Below, one piece after another: positions 1 through 12,240 of a stretch of DNA of 64,000 bases. The stretch's first letter is position 1. Each line of letters starts with the position of its first letter. Location of the stretch: the NCBI RefSeq assembly GCF_006345805.1, contig NC_042998.1:104160001-104224000 (forward strand), read 5' to 3'. Source of the stretch: Octopus sinensis (Eukaryota). The translations under genes were made by a program, and so were the position numbers. The notes under the pieces are model-generated. The model saw only the letters and a list, made by a program, of their open reading frames with translations, ran no database searches and had not been told where the DNA came from.

Positions 1-2385
1 GATAAAGCGTTAATTTATTCGCCATCATGAACAAGAGTAGCTTCCGTGTTTACGTTTAGTTTTTGCACATATTACTGGGAACACAAAAATACATCACGTA
101 CTCCTCTCGAGAACAGATGAAAATACCGTATACTTTGCTTATGATAGTGAACAGAGTAATAGGTTACGCAGTTCTTTAATATTTCTGGCAATAAATGAAT
201 CAATCAAAACGCGATCAACAACCATATTTTGTTGTGATTATGGATATTTTTTTCTTATGTATTTCATACTTTTAAGCTACAGGTATCATTTGAGTTATCG
301 AATGCGAAAAATTAGAAATTATAGTCCATTGTAATAAAACATACAAACGTACGTACACACGAACATACACGTGCGCACACACTTACATACAAATATCCAT
401 TCGCAAGAGACCACAGTAGAATATTCTTGCCAAAAGAACTGCAGATCGAACCCGAAAAGCTTGGGAAGTGAACTATTAAATGTACAACCATTATAATATA
501 TATACAAACTGTACTTTGAGAATTCAGAATATTCTTCCTCGTTTACAAATCCAAACGTTTACTAATCAATATAGTACATGCACGTGCGTATTTGAGTGTA
601 TATATGTGTGTATGAGATTGTGTGTGTGTAATTAGAGAGAGAGAGAGAGAGGGGATGAGAGGATAAATCAACTTTTATGATATTTAGTCACGACAGTTCC
701 TTTATTCTTTCCAATACAACAGAAAATGGAATAAAATAGATGCAAAGAAACATATATGCAGTTTTGCACAATGCTTCATTGGAACTGCTTTCTAGCAAAC
801 TATGAAATGACACTGAACAACTGAAAACTTCTAACCGGGTATATTCGAAAGTTAAGCAACAACAATGGTACTGACATTGGCGTGTACTTGGATAGTTGAT
901 TTTGCAAGCTTGTATTTTCGAGTTCGAATCCTCTACACAGCACCTAGGCAAGTATTTTCTACTATAGTCTCTTGCTAACGATTATATGTCTGAGTGCATG
1001 CGAGTGAGAAAGAAACGGAGAGTGAATAAGCGCGTGTGAAGAACAATAATGGATCTCAGGTGGCCTTCGGAAGTCCTGGGTGCAGCTCCTTCTCTCAGGC
1101 CATGTTATATCCTAATGTATGCGTATGTGCGAGAGTGTATATGTACTTGAGCGAAATATATACGCAAGTATACGTATAACTTGCACTGGTATATATCAGC
1201 AAACGATGTGAGCAACAGCGTGAAAACTTCAAAACTGTGCTTCCTCAAATAAGCACCTTGTTTGGCATGAATTTCACAGCGACTTGGCCATGTCCCAAAC
1301 GTCTGAATTCTCAATTTCCTCACAGTAACCTATAAACTAAGCTATTTCATTTTGTGAAACATTTGTAATCTTCGGAAAATTGTAACGTTTACAACAAAGT
1401 GAAAACTAATTATAATATTAGCTCATAAAGTTCATTTTTGTGTAATCATTAAAGTTTAAAGTCTTCCGCGTTGGCTTAAAGTGTTGCTCTTATTAAAGGC
1501 ATATTAAATACATCAATGACCCGTTTATAAGATTCTATGATAACCCCTTCTGAAGAAGACATTTCGTAGCGAACATCATTTATAATTTAGATAATAACTA
1601 CTTCTCTTTACTGAGGGTGCAATATTTATTGATGAAATTTTCTTGTTTCTCTTCATCAAGTATATTAACGCACAACTTTTACTATTTATTCAACCCGCTG
1701 TACTCTAGCTTTGGTCACTTTATTCGGAAAAATAATAGTGCAAGAATTGTACAACAAATGTAATGGACAAAATACAAATATAGATAAATCCATTCATCAA
1801 CCAGAAACATTACGATTTCGGCGCTTGGGAAAAATTGTTATCGCTCATCTGGAAAGTGCCAGGATTCAAACGAACGAAAATGATGAGAAAGCTTGCGATT
1901 AAAAACAGAGGAGACGTTAAAAAAAAGTCATGTGATTAAAATAAACAAGAAGAAAAGTGAAAAAACTTGTACAAAAAAGGGAACTAATATATAAGGCATA
2001 AAAGCGAGGTTGTGCTTCGACTGAGAAGAAGATAGGCAGATCTAAACTGATAGGTTTACCACTGAATTTGAAATATTATCTAAACATCTAATGATATATA
2101 TCTTGTATACAGAAATTTTAGCATCTTATGAAAACTATACACACGCTCTTTTATAATTGACCAAACCGGAATTAGTAAAATTTCCCTAGGTTTTGCGATC
2201 AAGATAACATTTCGCAATCGAATGTCAAACTTTACTAAGCAATATGAAAGCAACATAAACGCAATAGTTCGTATTAAGATGCGCATGCTTAAAAATTGAA
2301 GATTTTCAAGAAATAGAATATGAATGGTTATAAAAGGATGTATGTGAAAGTGACTATTGTCAGGAGGATTATGTTATAGAGAGAA

Positions 2386-2618
2386 GGCGGCGAGCTGGCA
2401 GAAACATTAGCACGCCGGGCGAAATGTGTAGCCGTATTTCGTCTGCCGTTACGTTCTGAGTTCAAATTCCGCCGAGGTCGACTTTGCCTTTCGTCCTTTC
2501 GGGGTCGATAAATTAAGTATCAGTTACGCACTGGGGTCGTTGTAATCGACTTAATCCGTCTGTCTGTTCCTGTTTGTCCCCTCTGTGTTTAGCTCCTTGT
2601 GGGTAGTAGAGAAATAGA
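2386..2618 (+). mobile_element. tRNA-derived SINE, family A (tail type 1)
   Basis: Head ggcggcgagctggcagaaac with B-box-like gagttcaaattcc; central gtcgactttgcctttcgtcctttcggggtcgataaattaagt; tail gtttgtcccctctgtgtttagctccttgtggg. Homologous copies at 25391 and 36633. Confidence 0.85.
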
Positions 2619-2829
2619 TTATGCCAGAGAGAAAATTATACTGGAATATCGACAAAGGAGACACGAGTTCGAGTCCATCTGGATTGTCGTTATTTACACG
2701 TTTTCAAATTCAAGTTTGTGCATATGCGCCGTATTTTGTATGAAACACATATGTTTAGCCTGTATGTAAAAGTAAAACAAAAAAAATAAATTATATAATG
2801 TTGTGTGTGAGTGTAAATTATACCTTTAA

Positions 2830-2883
2830 TGATACGCATGAATGTGTGTGTGTGTGTGTGCGCGCACACACATATGTATTCAC

Positions 2884-2933
<50 letters not shown>

Positions 2934-3064
2934 GTGTGTATATATATGTGTGTGTCTGTATGTACGTATATATGCACATATATACACGTATATAACATGT
3001 ATATATATACATATATGAATACACGTATATATATATATATGTATGCACGTGTATATATATGTAT

Positions 3065-3156
<92 letters not shown>

Positions 3157-3180
3157 AATACATATATGTGTGTATTCATA
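2830..3180. repeat. compound (TG)n/(TA)n/(CA)n microsatellite
   Basis: Directly visible; explains the overlapping YI/CV-rich ORFs. Confidence 0.95.
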
Positions 3181-4150
3181 TAACCATTTATATGTTATTC
3201 TGTCCTGGAGGCCATTGGAAGAACGCGCACGACCTCTCGCGTCCGTCTATTTATCGCGATTAACAGAATCACGTGAAGTAAAGGAAACACAGCGTCACAA
3301 TTTATGATCATTATCCTATACATTGGCAGATTAATTTGACACCAGACGCTCACAGGGCTCCTACATCTCTTCCCTCTCCTCTTCTTCCTCCCTATCCTAT
3401 TTCCACTCTCTCTCTCTCTCTCTCGTAAAGCTCTCTCGATCCCTCACTTTACATTTATCTTTACATCTATCGCTATCTTTTTCTTTATCCTCTTTTCTTC
3501 CTCGCTCTATTTTACTCTTTCTCCCACTATATTCTATTTTCAGTCTTGCAATTTTATTATAATAATTTTATTCCTTGCTGTGCTACCGCTGCAGGGATGG
3601 CAAGCAGCGGCTAACGATTTGATTTACCCCATCTAAATGAGAATTCCGCGAAGATATTACGAACAATGACACATATAAATGCAATAGGAAATTTGTAAGA
3701 GAAAGATGGAAAGAGAAAGGAAGACACATGTAAAATATTCGTTGTTTATTGCATTTCTGTTATATCAAGATATGCATATACACATACAAAAACTAACACA
3801 AATATATACGTATATCTATATGTCTGTTCTCCCGATTGACAGAGGCGTATGTAATGTGAGACGAAACATTGCCCTTTGATATCTAGTTTCTAGTTACAAT
3901 AATTAGCTTATTTATCATTCATCAGAACATGAAAATCGGGCTGGGGGTTACATATCTATTTATTGTTCTAAATAAACTAAATACCTCCTCTCTATTATAC
4001 ATATGCAAATATATGAAGGAAGACACCACCAAATCTCTGACATGTTTGTGTGTGTGTACAAGCAATGAATATTAGCTCTGAAGAATAACTCAAAGTGGCC
4101 ATACACCGATAAAAGTGTATTTGAACAACAAAGACAAATAACAGAATATT

Positions 4151-4363
4151 GGTTTCAAAATGTGTCTCAGGGCCAGCAATTTCGGGGAAGGGGATAAGTC
4201 GACTACATCGTCCCCAGTGCTAAACTGATATCTGTTTCATCGACCCAAAAAGGATGGAAAGCAAAAATCAACTTCAGCAGGATATGAACTCAGTGAGTGA
4301 GGCGGACGAAATGTCGCTAAGTATTTCGCCCTTGTGCTAACGACTCTGCCAGATCGCCACCTT
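4151..4363 (-). mobile_element. decayed SINE family A (tail type 2)
   Basis: Reverse complement has head aaggtggcgatctggcagagtcgttagcac, gagttcatatcc, and core ctttccatcctttttgggtcgatgaaac; tail cccgaaattgctggccc...ttttgaaacc. Confidence 0.75.
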
Positions 4364-4733
4364 AAGTAACAGAGCATCGAATACTGCAGAAAATGAATTC
4401 TTGATTTATTGAAACTGTCACCGCTCTCCAGGTATTAAGAACAATGGCTTTGTTGCAACTGAGAACATCCAAATGAAGAAGAGAGATAATCTCAAGACTG
4501 GTGAATTCTCCAAAATTGATATGCTATAAACGAAAATACATCATAAATATCTAGAGACAGGAGGCCTAGTGTGGACGTGTGTTTTGGTCTCAATAGGCGG
4601 CTTCAGTACAGTAGTCGTTCTACCGTTTCTCCAACACATATAACATATATACGCATACGCACACACAAATACACAAGTTCATAAGTATGTGTGTGTTTGC
4701 ATATATATGTGTGTGTATGTGTATGTATAAATG

Positions 4734-4767
<34 letters not shown>

Positions 4768-4768
<1 letters not shown>

Positions 4769-5972
4769 GAGGGGCGTTCAATAAGTAATGCCCCTGACCC
4801 ACTTGCAGTCGTTTGATCAATTTTGCATGTGCACTTATTTATACCTCTATAGATTAAGTGGCGAATTACAGCTCTGAACTAATTGTGGTTTCTGATTTAC
4901 AGGTGTTTGAACTGAGTCAAGTGTGAAATGGAGCCTGTTGAGTGTCGAGCAGTGATCTGGTTTTTGTATTTGAAAGGACGCACACCACGGGAGACTTTTG
5001 ATGAAATGAAAGTAACTTATGGTGATGATGCCCCATCATATGACCTTGTAAAACGCTGGCATTGTGAATTCAAACATAGTCGGAACTCTGTGGAAACAGC
5101 TCCCAGATCTGGTCGCCCCCTTCTGCCGTTGATGAGACGTCTGTCCGTCAAGTTGAGGCTGCCATTTTGGAAGGTCAACGCATAACTATTCGCCAAATAG
5201 CCCATAAGGTCAAGATTAGTACCGGGTCTGTGGAAACTATCATTCATGACCATTTGCATATGCGAAAGGTGTCTGCCAGATGGATTTCCAGGCTGCTCAC
5301 ACCTTTCCAGAAGCAAGAACGCGTTGAGTGCTCGAGGATGAATTTGGAGATGTGCCAAGAAGATGAGTCAAAATTTTTCAAAAGACTGATCACACAGGAT
5401 AAAACCTGGGTCCATCACTATGATCCATAGACCAAAGCCCAGTCAATGCAGTGAAAGCACCGTGACTCACCTCCTCCAAAGAAGGCAAGGGTGCAGCCCT
5501 CCGCTGACAAGGTTATGCTCACAGTCTTCTGGGACCAGGACGGAGTAGTGATGACAGATTTCATTGCAAAGGGTACCACAATTACAGGAGCCTATTATGC
5601 TTCACTTTTGAGGAAATTAAGAGAAGCTATCAAAATCAAGAGGCGAGGCAAGATCAGCAAAGGCATCCTCCGTGCAGCTATGAACTCCTCCCCTTGCACC
5701 CTCTGATTTTCACCTCTTCCCAGCCATGAAGTTGATTTTGGAAGGAAAGCGTTTCCCAGATGATGCAGCCTTGATTTCTGAAGTTATGTCGTGGTTGGAG
5801 GACCAAGCTGGGGTCTTCTACAAAAACGGTCTCCAGAGCTGTATCAAACGATGGGAGAAATGCATAACTCTGGGTAGTTCCTATGTAGGAAAAGACTAAT
5901 AACTGTGCCAAGTGTCGTTGGTCTACTGATATGGGAAGTGGGTCAGGGGCATTACTTATTGAACGCCCCTCG
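4768..5972 (+). mobile_element. mariner (Tc1/mariner) DNA transposon, transposase pseudogene
   Basis: Perfect 37-bp TIRs (cgaggggcgttcaataagtaatgcccctgacccactt at 4768-4804; reverse complement at 5936-5972), TA on both sides. Transposase from ATG 4928: [66 protein letters not shown], ends KD* near 5900. Frameshift, two stops and internal deletions. Confidence 0.97.
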
Positions 5973-6221
5973 TATATATATATATATATAATATATATAT
6001 ATATATATCTATATCTATATATGTATGTATATATATATATATAATATATATATATGAATGTATATACATATGTATATATATATATATGTATTATATATAT
6101 ATATATATATATATGTATATGTATATCTATCTGTATACATGTATGTATATATATATGTATAGGTATGCATATATATGCATGCACATGTACATATATAAAT
6201 GTTTATATATGTATATGTATG

Positions 6222-6271
<50 letters not shown>

Positions 6272-6284
6272 AATATATATACAC

Positions 6285-6318
<34 letters not shown>

Positions 6319-6341
6319 GTATTATATATATATATATACAC

Positions 6342-6372
<31 letters not shown>

Positions 6373-6399
6373 TGTATTATATATATATATATATATATC

Positions 6400-6431
<32 letters not shown>

Positions 6432-6435
6432 TATG
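5973..6435. repeat. long degenerate (TA)n microsatellite continuing the tract hosting the mariner
   Basis: Directly visible. Confidence 0.95.
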
Positions 6436-6443
6436 CAATTTTT

Positions 6444-6900
6444 GGGTACAGGGCATCACCAACAGTAAACAACATAAAATACGAAAACAATGAGTTCAAT
6501 ACGCAAACGAGGAGAGAAACAAATGGAAAAAAACAGGACAAGTAACATAAAGAACGCTCCATCATCGGTTGTCGGTTGTCTATTTCGAGCATTGAACGAT
6601 AATATGAGTCTTAGATTAGACAGCGATAAGCAAATGTCTACCAAAAATAAGACATATAACCGCCATTAAATATGACTGAGGGTGTTAGAAAGACCTACAT
6701 TGCTAGAAATAAAAGCTAAAGACCTTAATGCTACATTCAAGGCACATAATTGTATACATACATTCAGACAGGAGCAGTAATAGCCCGAAAAGCAGCGGTC
6801 TACATATTCCCAGACTGATCAGTTAGTTTCAGTTTTCACCGTCGTCTCTTCAGTGGAATCGGCCCAACTCGCTTGTTGTCGGACGATGGTCACTCTCAGT
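6444..6900. repeat. interspersed repeat starting at a (TA)n edge, probable Penelope-like terminal sequence
   Basis: Starts gggtacagggca...cgaaaacaatgag, as does the copy at 47992; contains a hammerhead-like motif on the minus strand at 6800-6872. PLE assignment is inference; no ORF seen. Confidence 0.35.
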
Positions 6901-7489
6901 ATATATGTCTACGCCTTAGAAACCTATGGATGATTTAGCGAGTCGCTAATGTGTATACAAATGTAAGTGTTTCTATATATATATATATATATATATTATC
7001 ATCATCATCATCATCATATTATGCAGCATGTTTTCGAAAATTTGTAATGGGCAGTAAGGTGTACCTTTCTGATGAACATAAATATTTAACTTAGCTGTGG
7101 GTAGTAAAACTGGGATCAATCTGACTTTTCTAGTCTTCATCACAAAATAAAGCAAACACACGCACAGACACACACACACACGGGCGCGCACAAACACACA
7201 CACACACACACACACTTGTACCTGAAAATGATTTACTAGTAAATAATTTTACTGAGTAAAGCCAAATGAATAGCAAATTCGTCTTGTTAATTCGAAAACG
7301 AACGGTCGAACAAAATACGGTCAAGGAGAAGAGAATAGTGAGTAACGCTTAGAAAATGTCTTGAAAGGAAGAAAAAGGGGTACTGGCCGCTGGTCACGTG
7401 ACAGCAACAGACAGAGAAGACAGACAGCAGGAAGAGGGAGCGACAGAGAAAACAAGGAAAAGGATGAAGGGAAATGAGAATGGCTAGGA

Positions 7490-7495
7490 ATTCAA

Positions 7496-7575
<80 letters not shown>

Positions 7576-7711
7576 TTTAATGGAGTAAGTAGAAAGGCTA
7601 GAATAGAAGTGAGAGGGCGAAAGAAAGAAAAGGAGAAAGAATGAAGGCAAGAGAGAGAGAGAGGAGAGAGAGAGAGGGAGAGAGAGAGGGAGAGAGAGAG
7701 AGGGAGAGAGA

Positions 7712-7742
<31 letters not shown>
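7490..7742. repeat. (GA)n purine microsatellites
   Basis: Directly visible. Confidence 0.95.
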
Positions 7743-9284
7743 TCGCACGATTATATAAAAAGCTTACTTGTTAATACAAATTCAGTTAGTGTTGCGTTCC
7801 ATTACTTGATAAATGAAAAAATTGCATAAACAAACGACGTAACGTATACTTTCGAATGTAAAACGAACGAGAGACAAACAGAAGGTTCGTAATTCTTCAT
7901 CAGTTATCGAACAATTCATAATATTCAGTTTCGCATCTTTAACGTTTAGACTGAGTGCTTCCCAATTGGCGGCGCCCACATAAAAAAGAAAAGGTTTTCT
8001 TGCGGAGAATTAAGGACAAGAGCAAACAAAACAAAATAAAACAAGCAAATAGATATAAATATAGATATTAATAATAATAATAATAATAATTATTATTATA
8101 ATATTTTTTAGCGTAAAGCTAATAAGCGATCACCGTGTATTGACTGAAGTAAATAGTCCAATATTAAGGACATATAAGTCCTCGACCTATATGCCCTAAT
8201 ATACCAACGTGTATATATTTACGAGTGTGCGTGTGTGTGTGTGTGTGTGCATCAGTGTGTGATGTGTTTGTGCGATTGATTGCGCGTTGGTGTTTGTGTA
8301 CGTATTTTGGTATTCGTGAGTGGCATAAGTGGAGTGCAGCTGTATCATTCATCAACCGAAGTTGCATTGAAGATTCAGAATGAGGGATGGGTTAGTTCTT
8401 GCCTTTAATGTTTGTTGTATCAAAGATAAAGTACCTGTGAAATAATATATTTCTAAAACAACAGTAACATTCTAGCAATTTTCCCCTAGAGATCGGTGCT
8501 CAATTAATAAGGTTCCGATTGATTTCCATTGATTTCATTCCGGGTCAAAGAATACCTTTTTATATACCTTCTTCTTCTTTCTTTTTTTTAAGGCAAACAT
8601 TAAATCTGAGACTTTCATGGGAGGAAGGAACTGAAGGTTTGACATTTGTCAACATTAACAACACAAAGAATATCATTTTAGCCGGGAGTTTAATTCGAGT
8701 AGTTGAGTCAGTTCAACAAGAATTTGTCATAAAACGAAGTTACCTGCCGAAGGGAATCTAGCAAAGAAATATCAATATTAGTCTTCAGAAAAAAATATCA
8801 GGAAAATGGGGAGATAAATTCTTCAAATTTTTACAAAAATAAACAAATAAACATTTTGTTTTAATGATGACTTCCCTAATTAAGCAATTGATCCCTAAAG
8901 CTACGAAAAACTGTAAAAGATAAAAGGACAAAGAGAAGATGCAAAAAGGGAAACAGGAAATTGCGGTGTATCACAAATGTCATTGCGATATTTAATAAAA
9001 CTATTTGGTTGGAATTTATTCCCATAAGACCGAGAAGTGTCATGAGTTTATACTTGTTATCAGTTATTTTCTACTATTTTTCTACAATTGCCATGCTTGG
9101 GTAAAGACGTTTTGAACATCACATTCGTTATATATTATTATTCCAAATCTTAAGAAAAAGGTTCTTTCAGCTGAGAAATAAAGCGCAAAATTTATTGCAA
9201 TAAACATAGCACTAGTGAGTTTAAAGATATTGCTTTCGATATCATGATAGGGTTCCGAACAAATTTTCAAGCGCTATTTAATAG

Positions 9285-9990
9285 GGCCGCTCAGATACTA
9301 GATTAAATCCTCGCCGAGTTCGATTTTGCATTCCATCATTTCAGAATCGGTAAAATAAAGTATAACTGTGGGACATGTTAGAAATGAGCAATAGCTATTT
9401 ATTTAAGAGGGATAATCTCAGGAATTTTGTTGAAAATAAAAGCCGTTTACATAGAATCCAGTATTTCACTGGTACTTTGTTTTATTGATCAAGGAAGGAT
9501 GAAAAGCAATGTCGGCAGGATCTGAACACAGAAGGTAAAATGCAGTAACTACATATACTAAGGTATTTCGTCCGATATTCTAACGATTATACCAACAAAC
9601 AAATCACACTTAACAAATTAACAATAACCTATTAAAATGCATGGCAGAAGCTAGAAATTTCCATCAACCCCAGTATGTGACTCATTCTTTATTTTCTCAA
9701 AGTTGAAAGGATGAAAATCAAAGCTACCTCGCCCGGATTTGTACTCAGAACATAGGCAGATGGAAGAAATAAAGCTAGGCACTGTTTCTGATGTTCTAAA
9801 AATTTTGTGACTTTATCAAACAGTAATAAATCTGAAATAATGATTATTTTCAGTGCTAAAGCGTCTCACATATTGGGGAAAGTAAGCGCAATCGATATAT
9901 TTAATCCAGTATTTGACAGCTACTTAATTTATCGACAGGAACGGATGAAATTAAATGCCAACTTTAGCAGAATTATATTCAGAAGATAGA
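9285..9990. mobile_element. cluster of highly decayed SINE family A fragments in both orientations
   Basis: Core remnants such as cgccgagttcgattttgcattccatcatttc (plus), ttgatcaaggaaggatgaaaagcaatgtcggcagga, aagttgaaaggatgaaaatcaaagctacctcg and tttatcgacaggaacggatgaaatt (minus). Confidence 0.55.
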
Positions 9991-10057
9991 GAACCTGAAG
10001 TAATACAGCTAGGCATTGTTCCCTGTAAGGATTCAGCGAATCTGCTAAAGATATACC

Positions 10058-10059
10058 AG

Positions 10060-10120
<61 letters not shown>
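10058..10120. repeat. (AAT)n tract at the 3' end of the Tx1 relic
   Basis: Directly visible; abuts 10121. Confidence 0.95.
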
Positions 10121-10122
<2 letters not shown>

Positions 10123-12240
10123 TCTTATTTGCTACAAGTGCCACATAAAGCACTCCAGACAATACGAAGACAATTGACAGTCTGGATTTACATAAACACG
10201 CGTAAACAATAAAGACAATATCAATTGACTACAAAATTCTTGAGGAGAGGAAAGACCAACCAAGGGAAAGACCAACCGAGCGAAATACCAGCCAGGGGTG
10301 ATGAAGGAACTCCACAGATTCCGAGTCGCTTGCTCGTGAGAAGTACCTCGGTAAGTCATCCCCTCTCTCTTCCGTACTTTCCAGTCTAGAGGAATATACT
10401 AAGATTAGAAGCATTTACTCGGGCCATTCGCGCTGCATTCACTCACCATTTTACAAATTTACAAGTGGGAACACCTCCCACTCTACCTTCATTTTCATTT
10501 CTCTGTGTAACTTGAAAACGTCGATGAGTGCTGGCAGAAAAGTGTTGGTTTTCAATTCTTTCTCTCGCGCTCACTACAAAACCTCTTTCACCATAGTCTC
10601 CAGACACCGGAAAATTACCTGTTCCTCTCAGCCACAAGAAAGCATGACGGAGTCTGCCTAAAGACGGATTTTTCTTACTCGTGGTAGCAGCTGTTTGACG
10701 TAACTCTACAAGTGATCAATGTTTGATCATTGTATGAGCGCGTGAAGGCATCTCGGGCAGGAGCGGATGACAGCACTACCTTGTCTGTAGAGTTAATCTC
10801 GGATATCCTTCGAGAGCATTGCGATTCTAGGGATTTCATGAAATTATCACCCGGCCCGAAAGACTTCCGAAACAGACCTGCCAGCTGATATTCAACGACG
10901 CCCAAGTTTCTCTGAGGACATCGTAGAACGCCATGGTGGAACATCTCACGACATTGCTCGACTAGCAGAAGGCTATGAGTACCTGAGAGCACTCTAGGTG
11001 CCAGGTACCCTGCCTCCGTCTCCGCTTCACCCAAGACATTCACTCTGTCAAATAGACGAGCTCTGGTGACGCCGTGAGCATTGAAAATAAAGATGTTCCG
11101 CATCCTAGTTCTTGTGGGATGCCTCTCGAAATCTCTAAACTCCGCAATAGTCACTCTAGAGATAAGAAGCATAGAATGGGCGAGTGGGGCACACTTGACA
11201 GTAAATTCATGTTCACCGACAAGGAAAAGCTGGAAATGTCGCAGCTTCATTGCATGCCTTCCCTCCGTGCAATATTGTATGCTCTGTCTTCCACTTCCAT
11301 GCAACAGATATTGACAGCAAATGGACTGTCTGACCAGTGGAACACTTTCCTTTCCTAGAAAGCGGAAGAACAAGCGCACCAATTTGGTCATCTATGAAAT
11401 GAGATAAAGCATGACAGTCAAACGATAGCAGATGACAGATGTGATATAGGCATTCACTACATCCACCTGTCACTTCAACGTTAATTTCGTCACGGCCCAT
11501 TTCTGGGTCAGATAGCCACATAGATCGCCACCACTTCCCAGTTTTTGTCCACCTGGATATTTGTACGAAACAATACCCCGAACAATTTCATTGCTCCGTC
11601 CATCCAGCAACACACTATGCAGTTTGATAGCATGAGCATGCCTTCGAGGTGCCGAACTGCTTGCTTAATGACTACTGCTGGTTAATTTTTCTCTTTATCA
11701 TTGCCTCATATTCTCTCAGAGTAATGCTGACCAACTCGATGAGTTTGGTGTCCGACACCATAACGGTGACGCTGTGCGCATATGAAAATAAGTTCTCGCG
11801 GGATGCCCCTCGAAATCTCCAGATTCTGCAATAGTCACTCTAGAGGAAACATGCACAGAATAGGCGAGAAAAGGTACATTCAGCAGAGTAAAGTCAGATA
11901 CTGATCAGTTTTGACTGGTAACAATTTACACAAACCACCGAGAAAATATTATTGTACATTCCAGTGATCAAGTTTCTGAACACACACCCGAAACTAGCCG
12001 TCCTGAGAACAGTTGCTAGGTATTGGTGATCGGCTTTATAGAAAGATTTCAACTGATCTGAATTGATTAAGGCCCCCACCCATACCACGTTCCTTACCCA
12101 TCCCTTTTATGATGTACTGCGAGGTGCAGACTTTCGTGGATAGATCTGTTTTGTATGGCGCATAGCTCAAACGTGGCTTCTTATCGAATTGTGTTATTGT
12201 GGTTTGTACTGATGGAGTTATCACTAATCCATACATTATA
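10121..12240 (-). mobile_element. L1/Tx1-clade non-LTR retrotransposon relic (RT core to 3' UTR)
   Basis: Minus-strand fragments: YIIKGMGKERGMGG, ALINSDQLKSFYKADHQYLATVLRTASFG (cf. Tx1-type LDQxKAFDRVDHxYL..VL...GFG), FSPILCMFPLE*LLQNLEISRGI (cf. PLSPLLYVLALEPLL), SYAHSVTVMVSD..IELVSITLREYE (decayed YADD) and LFFRFLGKESVPLVRQSICCQ. Heavily frameshifted; the 5' boundary is uncertain. Confidence 0.8.

Noticed and set aside
1540-1575. ctgaagaagacatttcgtagcgaac as a hammerhead
   Set aside because: GAAC rather than GAAA, and no convincing helices I or III.
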